This document shows, piece after piece, positions 25,640 through 39,240 of a stretch of 64,000 nucleotides of DNA; position 1 is the stretch's first letter; each line of letters begins with the position of its first letter. The notes beneath the pieces were generated by a model. It saw only the letters and a list, made by a program, of their open reading frames with translations, had not been told where the DNA came from and did no database searches. This stretch comes from Sphyrna mokarran. Its lineage: Eukaryota. The DNA lies in NCBI GenBank assembly GCA_024679065.1, contig JAGIQG010000011.1:41478001-41542000 (forward strand). Reading direction: 5' to 3'. A program made the position numbers and the translations under genes.

Positions 25640-25656
25640 TGTCCTCTTGGTGAACC
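25640..25656 (-). promoter_or_regulatory. HoxD4 3' neural-enhancer DR5 RARE
   Basis: GGTTCA-CCAAG-AGGACA, about 2.5 kb 3' of HoxD4. Same half-sites as the known Hox4 3' RARE. Confidence 0.8.
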
Positions 25657-28162
25657 TGTTTCTACAGTTTAGCCGAACTTCAGTAAAAATACCTTTTCAG
25701 CTTCTCAACATGAAGGCGTCAGAAAAGGACATCTTTGCTTCGCGTGAATCTTAGCGTTTTGTGCTGATGACAATGATTTAAATGGCATAGAGAATATCAC
25801 TCATTTATAATATCAAGACGTGGATATATTATAGTAATGTCATGTGCAAGTCTGAGAACTACACGGCTTATCCTATAAAGAACAAAGCATCTTGGAATTC
25901 GCCTTTTCAAACAGCCCATGTCCAGCTAAGCCAGCTGCAAGCTTGCAGGGCAGTAAAGGGACAGGAAAGAGAGCTGCACCGACAACTTTCTTTTGTTACT
26001 GAATGCTACAAAATCGAGTTTGAGCAACGAAATTCCTCGGAAATAGATTTTCTTGACTCCTTGCATTTTGACGGAATTCTGGCATTTCCATCTAAATTGC
26101 TGCGTGATTGCGAATAATGATTTCCTGAGAGTTGGGTTGGCACGGTTTCCTTTTAGCGGATTAGTTAGCCCATTAACACGATACCCTCCGGACTTTTTTC
26201 TCCCTTTAAATACACAGCCTTTCTACCGATAGCTTCGATTATTTTAAGGCAATATTGTGGACACTCGCCATCTTTCTTTTCCAAAGCTCCAGTTTTCGGG
26301 TGGCAGAAAAATCAAATGACCTAAATCTAAGCCATCTCACATTTGTTCGCGCGGTTTTAGTAATGTGTGAGGAGATAGCCCTCGATTGTAATCACAAAAC
26401 TAAACACAATCGCTCGCCGTTTTTTCCCCCCTCTCATGATTATCCGAATTCAGAGAAAACACGTTTCATTTTGAGAAGGCTGTACATTCAAAGATTGGGC
26501 AATTCCTCACATAAAAATAACTTACACTAACTGTGCCCGGGAGAGTTTTTTGAGAATTAAAAAAAAAGTACCTTTATATTTAGCTTGTGGGGGTAATGTT
26601 ATTCTGAAAACAGTAAGGCATGTTCGAATATCTAATGAGCTTTTCCTTCGGGGCACCAAAAAGGCTTCATTCCATTTAAATATCTGGATATCCTGCAATG
26701 AATGGTTTAAAACATCGCATAAAGGAACTGAATGCGAAATCTCCAATGCATACCAATGTGCCACTGATTGATATCGTGAGAATATTGGCACAGTGCATCC
26801 AGTCCTATGTTTCAGGAAGTTCTGACTCGTTTCGCCTGTAACGTAACATTAGCTTCCTTTAAACTGCCAGAAACAAGAATCTTCAGCAATTTGTGTTTAG
26901 GTGTAAATTACCTAATTGAAGAGCCTCTCGGCTATTGTCCCTGTCCCTCTAAATCAAGCACCAGTGTGTCTTTACAGATTAATAGGTTGGTAAAAAAAAA
27001 CGAACAGGGCTCTTCACAAAGCAAAATATACACGGTGTGGAGAGTTTCTGTTTCTAAACTGTGTACCTTGTAGCATTGTTGTTCGCTCATCCGTTCTGGA
27101 GAAAATCGAAAGGAAACGCATTCCCACTTGTAATACTAAACGTTCACAGATTGGTGTAACCAACTTACTCATTTATCAACTAACAACCCGAGAAACAGAG
27201 TTTAACAAGCATCCTGAACACAAAGTACTGTTGCAATATTTCACTAACCGCATTTCTCTTTCAGAAATCTTGCTTTAGATTACATCGGTCGCTGTCGTTA
27301 CCTAATTTGATATTGAATTGGAGACACTAGATTTTTTGGCATTTTGTATTGTTGCATGTAAGGTCTATTTTCATGACATTTGCACACGATAGCGTCGCAA
27401 CAGGAGCGGTCGTCACACACAAAATTCCATTTGCAGATACCAAAAAAGGAAAACCACTCACGCTATTTAGCTTATTACTACTAAATTTATTTTTGAACTT
27501 TAGTAGTGCGTACGAATTTTGGTATCGTTCTTGAACATAAAAATGTATGCAATCTTGCATTGTAGACTTGTAACAATAATCCATCCAGCAGCACAATTAC
27601 AAATACCATTTTCTCATTTTAAATAAAGAAACCACATAACACTATCTAATTCCTGATCACTATGAATCTCAAATACCAACACAACATACACAAAGAGATG
27701 GAATCGCAAAAATGCACATTACAAGCAAAATAGCTGTGGAAATCAGAAATTACCACAACAAATCACTGGGCCTTCATTGTAAAATAAAAGACCATGAACA
27801 AGCGTCGGAGCCTTTCATTTTCATGCGAGCAGACTACACATGTATCTTCCTGGAGTGTACACCTCGTCATGTCTTCAAGGTCTTAATGCCTCGCACTTGT
27901 TAAGGTTACTAAGGTGTACTGCATGATAAGAATAGCCACTGACTAAAATCGCAATGGTTTCAGCTGCAGCTAAGGTGACTTTCTCCTTTTTTATTGTTTC
28001 ATTTCCTACATTTAAGAACAAAGGTGAGGCACAAGACAAGGTCCCTTCAATGCCATAAAAATCAGCAGGAAAGCACCTACAAGCCATGTTATCGGTACAT
28101 GCAATTTCTGCCTGGAAATGTCTCATTATATACACTTAAAGAGCCACTTAGAAGAAGTGTTT

Positions 28163-28473
28163 CTATAAACTTGTGAGGTCTGTTTGTTGGTCCTTGGAAA
28201 CAGTTTGTAACTGTTGATTGGAAGTCGAGGAAGAACCAGAGGACCTGGTCTTTGTGTTAGGCAGTTTGTGATCTTTTTTCCACTTCATTCTTCTGTTCTG
28301 AAACCAAATTTTGATCTGGCGTTCGGAAAGACATAAAGTGTGAGCTATTTCAATCCGACGTCGTCGTGTCAGATACCTGTTAAAATGGAATTCCTTTTCC
28401 AGTTCTAAAACCTGCTGCCTTGTGTAGGCAGTTCGTGAACGTTTTGGTTCCCCTCCTGTGTAATTAGGGTTCA
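28163..28473 (-). CDS. hoxd4: HoxD4 exon 2 (homeobox); spliced protein 240 aa
   Basis: Acceptor TTTTTCAG|TG at 28474/28473. [29 protein letters not shown]...[10 protein letters not shown]...TDLTSL, a HoxD4-type ending. Confidence 0.95.
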
Positions 28474-28728
28474 CTGAAAAACAAAACAATTCAAAAACCA
28501 TTCAAATCTGCACCTAAAGTTTGTCAGCCGCTTTCACCAGTCAGCCCTAGAGGCAACGCCTGCACCGTAATAGTATCTCTGCTAAGAAGTTCAAATATAT
28601 ATATATATTTTGTTACTAAGGATCACTTTAAAGTTCTTACGGAATTGGGGATATAACATGTCCCTGTTACTCTCAGGCTCGAGTTTTCACATGGAGTCAG
28701 CCACATGGCCAGCGGCCTATTTCCTCAG

Positions 28729-28756
28729 CAATAAAAATTTATGATGGGTGTAATTG
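28729..28756 (-). promoter_or_regulatory. HB-1 homeodomain-binding element in the HoxD4 intron
   Basis: CAATTACACCCATCATAAATTTTTATTG: clustered TAAT/TTTAT sites typical of Hox4 introns. Confidence 0.75.
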
Positions 28757-28932
28757 CTGGTCTTTTTAAAAACCGCTCATAAATCCTCCCTTGAAGGAGT
28801 TATTTACGGTAGACCTGTATCAATGGGTCACAAATATTTGCCAGGGATGGCGATGCAGCATGGGGGGTGGGGAGGGGAGGTAGAGGAGGGGGGAGGTAGG
28901 GGGCGAAAGGGAAACCAAAAAGTGGATCTTAC

Positions 28933-29344
28933 CCGTGTTAACGTGGATTTTCTTCATCCAAGGATAAACCACTGCTGGCTGTTTGGTTGCTGTGCCGTTT
29001 TGACTCTTTGGATTATGTTGCTGCTGGCTGCAAGGCCGGCCTATGGACACTTGGAGCGGTGCAACGGGCTCCCCCTGCCCTGTGAGGTGGTTCTGAGGAG
29101 CGGGCTGTGCCTGCAGATGACCCCTCTGCTGCACTGGAGAGCCCCGAGCGTTGCTGCAGCTGTACGACTGGCCGCTGTAGTTTGACCGTGGATAGATTCC
29201 TTGGTGCTGAAATTCTGAATCCTGCGACTGGCTGTAATACTCTGAGCAGTGGTCAGGTATGTAGTTATTTTGCGAGTATTCCTCGCAAGGTGGAAATTTG
29301 GGATCCACATATTTAGTGTTCATCAAATACGAACTCATGGTCAT
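28933..29344 (-). CDS. hoxd4: HoxD4 exon 1
   Basis: [23 protein letters not shown]...[15 protein letters not shown]. Donor ACGG|GTAAGA at 28933/28932. Confidence 0.95.
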
Positions 29345-29399
29345 TAATTTCTGAAGGTGGAAAATACTAATTTTTCTCCAGTTGTCTTTTTTTCCCGTT

Positions 29400-29470
29400 C
29401 CATAAAGCCCTCCTACTTGCTGTCAACTGAATAAAGTTAGTCACCCATGTGACCGTGCGAGCCAATGGCG
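29400..29470 (-). promoter_or_regulatory. HoxD4 proximal promoter and conserved Hox4 leader
   Basis: CATGTG (29446-29451)-N10-CCAAT (29462-29466). Leader TTTATTCAGTTGACAGCAAGTAGGAGGGCTTTATG is the typical Hox4 sequence. Confidence 0.65.
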
Positions 29471-30693
29471 TGGCCGGGCCCGATTCCCGGATAAGGAAAC
29501 AGCTAATGACAATTTTTTACAAACTTCGTCCAGAAAACCTTGATTTAAAAATAAATTTAAAAACTGCAAGGTCTTGATTTTCTCCCCCCAGCAGCCACTA
29601 AGTACTTGAAACTGGTTCCGGAAAATACACACAGTTGAGTTTCCCATTTGGAGAGAATAATTGTTCACTCACTCAGCGCCCGAATATTGCTCAGGTAATT
29701 TGCTCTTTTGTCAAAAGAGAGATTTCCACCATTCCTTGCCGCTTTTCAAATAAATCAAGGAGAGCGAACTCATTCGGCATGTTGGTGTTTGTTGTTGCAG
29801 TTTTTTCCCCGGGAGCAGCAGGACAATAGCGAGGGTTCCTGGAGAAACGGCCAGTAGTCCAGCGCACGCAGGGTGACAAAGGAATCATCCAGTTAGCCAA
29901 AAAAAGGAATAACGGAGCTGAGGGAAATAATTACAGCCATTACCGATGCAGAAAGATCTTTTGGACAAAGTTATTCAAAGTCAAACATGGGCCTAGTTCA
30001 ATGTAGTCAGAACAAGGCATTCCGTATCACGTAAAGCACTTTGCCTGTGTTGCTTCAGGACATTGCAGGATCAAAAATACTTTGTTTCTAAAGTTGAAAC
30101 ATTTGCAAGACTGGGGTATAAGTTTTCTATCTGACGGCCGAAACATTTATGCTGCCATTTTTTCACAATTCGTTTTCTTCTCTTCTCACATTCACTCACA
30201 TCCCTTATCTCCCTAAACTATTCCAATAACTCACTCTCCTATTTGTAACGTGCACAATTCAACTTTAAGTTTTGAACTGAGCTGCATTCTAGATCGATTT
30301 AATTCCCAAGCTCTGAAGTGATACGAAAACCGCCAGCCAATCTTTGTAGATAATTTATCGTCATCGCCATGGAAACAGGCAGCTTGAGAAAGAAATACTT
30401 AAGTTTCAGTAATCTTAGATTTCCGGAGAGTAAATCCGGAAGTTTAGAAACGACTGCATTCTCAATAATGATCAGGAATCAACACGTTAACCATCACAGT
30501 TCGATTGCAAAAGAAAACTAAAATAATCCATTCAGTTCTGAGCGGCGAGATCTAAAAGCCTACTCAATATTGAAAACTGGATTCAAAACAAAAAGAGACC
30601 ATTCCCAATTAAATCATTCAATATGACTTAGAATTTCATCAATCTAAATAGTAAAGGCCACGGAGAGCAAACTGCTGATTTTCGTAGTGTTGG

Positions 30694-30776
30694 CATCGAC
30701 CATAGACTCCCCTAGAAACGAATCTGTGACAGAAACATCACACAAATTCGGTTCTACAGGGTATATATAGACGACG
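30694..30776 (-). ncRNA. mir10b: miR-10b precursor hairpin
   Basis: Mature TACCCTGTAGAACCGAATTTGTG at 30763-30741 (exact miR-10b). Star arm ACAGATTCGTTTCTAGGGGAGT at 30727-30706. Canonical position just 5' of HoxD4. Confidence 0.97.
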
Positions 30777-32379
30777 GGTTGCAAACAAATTCGGTGACTA
30801 ATAACAATATGGGAAAATAGTTTAAAAGCTCCAAGGGGTTCATGGCGTGCAATATTAATAACTAAAAAATAAAATTCAGACACAGCGATTGTTAAATAAT
30901 TTAATTGTTTGGCCATTGGAAAAAATCATAGAAGTCGTTCTTTTATAACTGGTAGGTGATAGCAAACATTTCTACGTGCGTTGTTCGGCAGTGACAGCAA
31001 CATGAATCAGCGTGCAGAGTTGGTTTGTGCATATAGTCTACAAGGCAGAAGTTATCATTTGTTACTGTGCTTATGAACCCTTCGTATTTCACAAAGATTT
31101 TATAGGAAACAGTTTGTACCGATCCGCTCCAGCTAACATTACTAAGTGCCCCAGCGTGAATCAATAATTGCTCCAGATGCTAATAATTTGAACTCACCAC
31201 TAACAAACCGCAGGATGTTATAACAAATATCGCCCGGCCTAAACAATTCCTAAATCTAATCAAAAAGAAGTTATACATGATAATACAAATATTGGTTTAT
31301 TTCAAAGTGTTCTTCATTCAGTGCTACTTTCAAGAAATGATAGCAGCCCAGGAATAAAATAACGATTGTTTGTTCTATTCTAATCTCTTCCTCGGAGCTG
31401 GATCAAATAATAAATGCTGGCAGAGTGTTTCGAAATCTAATTACCACCAAGTGGATCGCCATATGCAAGGAAAAATGCATATTATTTAATCTGCCAACTA
31501 ATTAGGATTCCCTTTGCCTCGAACAAGTCTAAGGTGGTTTCTCAACTCTCGTGCATTGTAGATTCTTTACTCTGCTCTCCACACTGTCCCCGCAGTGCCA
31601 CCGCGTTGTGTGTTAAAGGCTGAAGGGCACGGGGTCAGACTGAAATCATTTACAAACACCTCGGAAAGTTGCATTATTATTTTCACTTTAGCGAGCGCCG
31701 CGCGCCTGACCTTTCACAAGTGTGTGAATCTTTCCCAACTTACTGAGTTTACAGTAATTTTACCCTTGGTCTCCAGTTAGAATAACGCACGCGAGTGGCC
31801 AAGAACAAATATAAACCTACGGCAACGAAAAAAAAGTAAGTGTATTGAGCAGTACAAAGGTTAGATGAAATGTTTTGAGCTGCACTGATCAACAAAGTAA
31901 AACGGAAACTGTACTTTCTTCCACGAAATGGGATTGTTCACTTTGTTTCTCTGCTGCTTCTGTCCAGCACAACAAAGGTTTCGTTTTTCCGACGTTTTAT
32001 TGCAGAGCAACTAAACTAATCCTTTACCAATGTTCAGCTTGTGTTTAATCCCTGAGTAAATTGCTGCTTTGATTATTTTATCTTCTGTTAAAAAGAATCA
32101 TTACGCCGCTAAAAGTTTGGTCTTGTTTACCTGTGACTTTTTTTCGTTTGCCCCAGTGCATTAGGAAAGAGAATAAAAACTAAACAGTTTTCGACAACCA
32201 ATCATACCAACGAAATGCACCGGCGGTGAATTCAGCTTTAAAAAAAGCCTTTTTGCAAAAAATATCCCAGATACCGTTACATCATCCGCTAATTGGAAAG
32301 CCAAATCTCTTTTACTGCTCAAATTATCGCAGATAGTGAAGTGATTGGTGCTACACATTTTAATATTTGTTAGACGCTG

Positions 32380-32396
32380 TGACCTGCATTTCACCT
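32380..32396 (-). promoter_or_regulatory. HoxD4 5' DR5 RARE
   Basis: AGGTGA-AATGC-AGGTCA, identical to the mammalian Hoxd4 5' RARE as recalled; about 3 kb upstream of the ATG. Confidence 0.85.
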
Positions 32397-35300
32397 TACT
32401 GCTCGACTCGTTCAGACAGGTCAATGCCAAAGAGTTATTGATGAACAAACCCGATTAAAATTCACCTCTTTTTTAACTGCCCACACAAGTGCTGCGACTT
32501 TTGATCTAGCAGATTTTGACCTAGAGAATGTCAATGCAAAGTAAGTGTTTGGGAAGTGAACCCTATATTTATTCATAGATTCAGTTGTTCAATGAAAGCT
32601 ATTATTGCCATGAGCCTGCTCAGGGCCTTCCTGCGTATAAACACAACGATTTAAAAAACAAAATTGAATTTTTAAAAAGTTCACCTTTCCAGTGACCCAG
32701 AAAGCCATTTTCTTGCAGGAGTCCACTCAGCATAAGGAAGGCTGTTTTGCTTTTCAGTAGCAATTACCCTTGATTACTTATCAACGCCTAGAGATTCACA
32801 TTGTAAAACTTAGTGCTGACACGAAGGATCCATTGCGCTGGCCCATTGCTTTGCCAATACCGGTTAAACATTATCTGGATCTATTTAAAGTGAGTTCTTG
32901 TTTGACGTTTATCTCGTGGCATAATTAGGCAGTTACTCGGAGGGCAATAGAATCGGATATTATGGGTAAATATAGACTAGTATCTGTAAATGCCTGCATT
33001 TGATATCCTTATGAATGCTTATAATTAGCTGAGGTGAAGGAGCAATGGCAGACTAAGGTGAAAAGAAACATTGACGGTCCCTGGCGTGAGAAGACAAAAT
33101 ATTTCTGGTACTGGCTTGCGAGAACCCCAGATTGTAATTCAACTCAAGATGTTTTACTGCCCCTTTTGCAATAAAGATTTGAAACTGTCTAATTTGACGT
33201 GCGATTTTGTATTGCGATGTTAACTTTTCCTTAAATGTATAGTCCTAATGTATTATCTTCATGAACCTATTGATAGAATATTTTATTTACTGTATCTTTC
33301 ATAGTTTACAAAATGCAAGAAACTTTTGAATAATGCTTCAGTTTAAAAAGTAATGACATTTTGCAATAAGTAATATCTATCAAGAACATGGCGGACTATT
33401 GCAAAAACATTTTTTATCATAAAAGATAAGTTAACCAATATATAACACAATAAAGGAAAAACTGTGCTTTAGTTAAATGAATAGCTCATCTAATGCTCTG
33501 GCAGCCATAAGGCTTGATTTTTGGCCTACATGCTTACAGTGACTGTGATATCTGGAAAGCTTTAACATTTCCTTTCGCCCACACACTCCTGTTGGCTCAA
33601 TAAGTGTACGCTTTAAATATCTGCTATAATTATTGACACGTCATTCGACAAAGTGATTTTACAGATGTTTTTGAAACCGGAACAATAATTTTCCTGCAAA
33701 TGACCTTTTACAGATGCAGCCTTGCACTGGGAGGCGCTGTGTAGTACATTACCAGTTCAAAATAACAACCCAACTAAATCTGACTGGATATATACCGTCA
33801 CAGTTAAACACAAAACATTAACTGCTTTTACTCTGTACCTAGACGTATCCTAAGTCTTTCAGGGAAACTGAATGTAACAGCATAATTTCTTCCATGCAGT
33901 TTTACAAATTGAGCAGAATGTCAGGAAGAAAGTAAGTTGTGCACAATTGTTACTCGAATCCTGTTAGAATCCACATAACCACTCCCTTTAGGCCCACAAT
34001 GTGACCGTCTCATTTTCCATGTAAACCACATTCGAAACTAACATCCGCTCCCAACTATTCGCCACACATTTAAGAAATATCACACAGCTACTTACGGAAG
34101 AGCCTCTTCCATTCTGCGAGATCTGCAATTAAATAAAATCGAAGTGAGATTCAACAGTTCGGATTCAGCGAATCACACAATAAAGATAGAAATCAGTGGA
34201 ATTATTTTCTGGTTCAAACTGATGTTAAAGTAACTGAAATATTTTTAACTTCGCAAGTTCAGGTAAGCAGTCTTCATGATATTATTTTCAAAGACAAAAA
34301 TGCGACCTACAATATAATTTATGCTACAATTAGAACTGTATTTTTACGTGCAGCACTTTAAGCAGAAATTCGACCATTTATATACGGCGAATCATCATTA
34401 GTTTCATTTTACATTGTTTAAGCACAGGAAACCTATGTGATATCACATATTCTGGCAAACAACAATTTCAATATTGGTTTTACATTGTTTTGGCCTTGTC
34501 TGACAATACAAATTTTCTCCTCTCACGAGTTAATGTGACCATTCTGTTCATTTTAAAAATATGTCTATATGCATAAAACGTCGATTTGTAATGATAAGCG
34601 ACATTAATGAAAAGAAAGTCCTCTGTGGGCTGATACCCACTCTCAAATACATTCTCGAATATCTTGGCAGGTATTTTTTTTCTTGAGGTTGTGTTTGCTA
34701 TTCTTTTCAAATGCGGATTTTATTGAACATTTAGAGCAGGGAGAAAAAAACTCGTGGTGTTATTCAGCCTCGTTAACTTCGAATAATTTCGAAACCTTCA
34801 TTTTTCATTTCTTAAAAAGTTTATCTCTTAAATTCTCCATTAAAGTTGGCTAAAGAGGGCAGGACATACTGGAGTTTTATTTTATAAAATAAATCCGAAT
34901 TGTGTACGAATGCATTGTTCATATTTTCTGTTGTCAGTGTCAACAATCTTCATCTGGGTTCCTTGTATAGAGCCTGCCCCTGTCATGTTTGGTATTTATT
35001 CATTTTCTTTTGCACTAATATGGCATCTTGGTTCCCATTTCTCACTGTTTTAAGATTTCATAGTTCCCCCACCCCCTCCCCGCGAAACGTTGTCATGCCA
35101 TTCTACAAATTTCAGCAACATGAATGTATCCCGTAAGTAATATCGATGTCTAATTAAAAAAAAGGAGTTAGTTTATTTCCTATTGCCTCACTATTTGCGG
35201 GACACAAAAGGACTGAAATGGGAATTCCAAACTAGTTCTCACCAACTGCCGTAAGTATCCTGACTCCGTTTAATGAAAAAAAGGATATTTTCCAGCAGAT

Positions 35301-37857
35301 ATTTGGAGAAAATGAAACTGCATTATGCAGCCCATTGTTCGCCATTGTTCTACATTTCTATTCCAAATTGTTCGCAACTCTGAACAAAACCCTGATACCT
35401 ATAACCGAACAAATTAGCTGAAAGATATTATGCAACTACAGCAAATTAATCCAAGTTGAGCAAGGAATGTGCTGGAAATGTTTGATTTTTCTTTAAACTT
35501 GCAGAATTATTCCTTGAATTAGGCCATATCTCTCAAAGTATTTTTCAATCAATCTCGCAAACTATACAGAAACAATTTATATCCTGCACATTGGTTAGTT
35601 CTCCGACCTTAATTTTTTTTATAAAAAAATCGATTTTCAACGTATGGAAGTGTTACATATTAAGGAGGGCTGTGCAGTTAATATCTTTCAGAGCTGGCTG
35701 AATAAAATGACTTATCCAACACACGTGACCAAGTTGCATGAAAGCTTCTTGCTTTTTTTTAAAGAACCCTATTTACACTAGGTTTATTTCTGAATTTTTC
35801 ATTTCACTGTTCAAAACTATTATGACACACAACATTCTTCACGATTAAGTACTTGAAATTGTCGTTGGAAATTTAGTAGCATGTATAATTTATCATTTGT
35901 TTCGAATATTGCAATATCATTTTCATAACTGAAATATATTATATATCTAAAACTGGTATCTGTTGAAACTGAACTCACGTCGTACTGTGCTTTCTACTTT
36001 TTGGCTGGCCAAGAAATAGTGCATGCGCCCAGGAGGCCCGAATGACATCAGGTGTCACGGATTCACCAGCTCTGCAACCGATTAGAACCAACTTGCTGCT
36101 TTTCCAGCGTAAAGGAACTAGGACACTAGGATACTGCCAATACACAGCCGTGGAACAGGACAGCTTGCTTCTTGGTGTCACTTTCCACAGGCCCTATCAA
36201 AAACACTAACCCATCTGCACTTGTCTGCTCTTAACCTAATATATGATGTGAATTATATTTTGGCTTGTCAACTCCCCTAACCATAAAACAAAGTTTAATG
36301 ACATCACGTGCCTCTCTATAGCCAGTCAGGAACTGGCTCTGTGGCGTCCATATAAATAACCCTTAAACTTTAAAACTTTTATTCACTAAAGACAGTCATG
36401 TTCATCGAAATGTTCTCCCAGTAATATAAAGCTAAACATTTGAGTGCCAAGAGGAAACGTGGTTTGGACAATAAGTTGCCTTTACTTTAAAACGCAGTTT
36501 GGGCAGTTCTTAAGCAACCACAGGGATCTATAAGATTTGGTAAGTGTAAATACATTACATGTATATGTGAGCGATATCTTCTGCGCTAGAGTGAAATAGA
36601 AACTGGCCGATTGGGAAAGGAAGCAAGAAACTTTTTCAACAGTTACGGAGCCCTGTGACTTTGCTTTCCTATTTCTGTCGCTTCAACAGCTTTAGTCATA
36701 AGCATTGAGTAAAAAAGTATTCTCAATACAGTTAAACTGGTAAATTATTCCAAGCAGTGGAATCTATACCAAGTTGTTCATAAGTTCCATAGCTCTTCCA
36801 ATCAAATCCCACCAATGGGTGTATATTTGTTCAGATATTTATGTTAATATAGCAAACTCGTATTATTTTTTCATCAAGTAACAGTTTATCAAACTATATT
36901 TTGAAAATTACCGTGTCTGTAGTCTAAATGCTGAGGTTTTTGAAGCTGGCTCATGTCCTTATTTTAATAAAGTTATTGGAATAAGTATAATCTCGGCCAT
37001 CAGCTTTTATCAATAATAATATTTCTTTTTAAATTCAGAAAACGCTCAAAGACAGTTCAGCCCGAGGATCTTTTATGCGCTCTGAAACATTGGGGCTAGC
37101 ATTAGGTGAATCCGGTTGTCAAAGGAATTGACGCAAAGTGAGAAAGTGAAATGGCGTTTGGTTCTTTCACAAGTCACCAATTGTCACTGTCTTTATACTC
37201 CCATTAGAGTAAAACAAAACGCCAGGTGAAATTTTTATTGATAAATCTGAATTTATTTCAGTGTTGTAGGCAAAAAATCACTTCTTTCATGTACATGGGA
37301 CAAAGCCAGACACTTAAACGTTATATATGTACAGAATATACATAACAAGATAGACCTGGGACCACAGCAACACTCGTGCCATACACATTTCAAGGAATAA
37401 TCAAACGAAAAAACCCATCATTTTTATTGTAAAAAGAGATGAAGAAACAATATTTATTTATGTTTATAAAACATTTTTTAAATTAGAGTCTTAGCAAAGC
37501 TATAATCCGGTGTAGAATTTGTTTGTTCACCAGCCAGATATATAGTACAAGTCCATTCTGTTCTAAGACAAGTGGCTTGCTTGGCTACATTGCGTTTGTT
37601 GACCTCTGATTTACTCTCTTACAATGTGAATTTAGATATGGATGTTAGCATCAACATGCTAAAAGTATGATTTAACGTATGTTGATGACAAAATTGATAA
37701 ATTGTATTCTCGCCTTTATAAATTGATAGCAAGACGTTGAACCACACGAGAACAACATCCCATTGAGGAACACTTAATGTGGCCAAGCAACCTCTCCTAT
37801 TGCAACTTAAAACATCATCTGAATAGTCATCTTATATAGCCAGTTGGCTGAAAGAAG

Positions 37858-38109
<252 letters not shown>

Positions 38110-38470
38110 TTAAGAAAAAGTTAAAAGGTGCATTACCACACGCATCAATGCAATGGAAATTATGCAGTTATACAATTTCAGACAAATACATCCATGCTTA
38201 ATTCTCGAATAAAATCTTCAATAATTTGGATAGATGTGTTAAAATAATTTCCTAATGTTCACATTCAGAAGGTATGATGTAAAGCATGGTGTAATCTCTG
38301 ACATAATTGCTGTTATAATTAATATCAACAGTCTGATAATCGAAAATGATTCAAATTGTCATATTTTGATATGTATCCGCAAATATTTAGCTCATACTTG
38401 CTATTTTATTTCTCAACCTGAAAATCAATTCGATCAAATATAAAACGCATAAAAATGCCAAATACCGTAC

Positions 38471-38978
38471 CTTGGTTGAGGTGCATCTTTTTCATCCATG
38501 GGTATATCTGCATCTGTAGGGCTGGATCCTTGTCCAGTTGCTCACTTTCCGGTTTGGGGCTGTCCGTCCCCTTAGGATGTCCATCGTTAACCGGCGAAGT
38601 GTCCTGCTCACCGCTGTATGAATGATTGGACTCTGTGACAGTGGCCCCTGTCTTAATAGCACTGCCTGATGGGCTTATTAAAGATGCCGAGCAGAAGGCA
38701 GGATCAGGAGACTTCATTTTCATCCCAGATGAGCTATGAAAGGTGTTATTGGCTGTTTGCAGGTAGTTGGCAGACCTTTCACTGTCTCCACAAAGATTTG
38801 AGTTCGAGCGAGTCATGCTGAGGTCTATCCCGGTGTAATCATAGCCATACCTGGCAGACAGCAACGTCGACTCCCTAAAATGCTCGCCCACAGAAGCTGC
38901 ATTTCCATAACTCTGCAATTGATAATCGTGGCCATTTTGGTAGCGACCTGAGAAGGAGTTTAAAAAGTAGGAACTCAT
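38471..38978 (-). CDS. hoxd5: HoxD5 exon 1
   Basis: ATG at 38978 gives [21 protein letters not shown]...[11 protein letters not shown] (PG5 motifs) and [10 protein letters not shown]. Donor CAAG|GTACGG at 38471/38470. Confidence 0.92.
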
Positions 38979-39099
38979 CTGCCTTTTAGGGGTTTGATTT
39001 GTGGTTCTTAGACGTTTATTCGCCACTAGACCGCGCGATATATAATGAAATATGGAAATAAAAGGCACATGTCATTTCTCTGCCTTCTACGTATACAAC

Positions 39100-39185
39100 C
39101 AAATATGGGACACAAGTTTGGATCACGTGTTTTTGTTGACCAGTCGTAAATTCTTATGCCTGACCCTGGGGGTAATTCATGCAGT
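39100..39185 (-). promoter_or_regulatory. HoxD5 proximal promoter
   Basis: CACGTG (39124-39129)-N10-CCAGT, with GTCGTAAA at 39143-39150; Hox5-type promoter block. Confidence 0.55.
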
Positions 39186-39221
39186 GAGAATACTTGCTGT
39201 GATTTAGCGAGCATGGTCCTA

Positions 39222-39240
39222 TAGCGCCTCCTGCTGGCGA
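39222..39240 (-). promoter_or_regulatory. CTCF site 5' of HoxD5 (Hox5|6 boundary position)
   Basis: TCGCCAGCAGGAGGCGCTA is a near-consensus CTCF motif. Confidence 0.75.

Noticed and set aside
28754-29316. Antisense and alternate-frame ORFs over HoxD4 exon 1 (similarly over D2, D3 and D8)
   Set aside because: Shadow ORFs of GC-richer coding exons.
35388-35415. Vaguely miR-10-like string
   Set aside because: Too gapped, wrong strand, no fold-back.
38979-39068. N-terminal ORF-track extensions of HoxD5 (and HoxD8 at 50279, HoxD9 at 57913)
   Set aside because: They start at GTG/TTG; the conserved termini begin at downstream ATGs.
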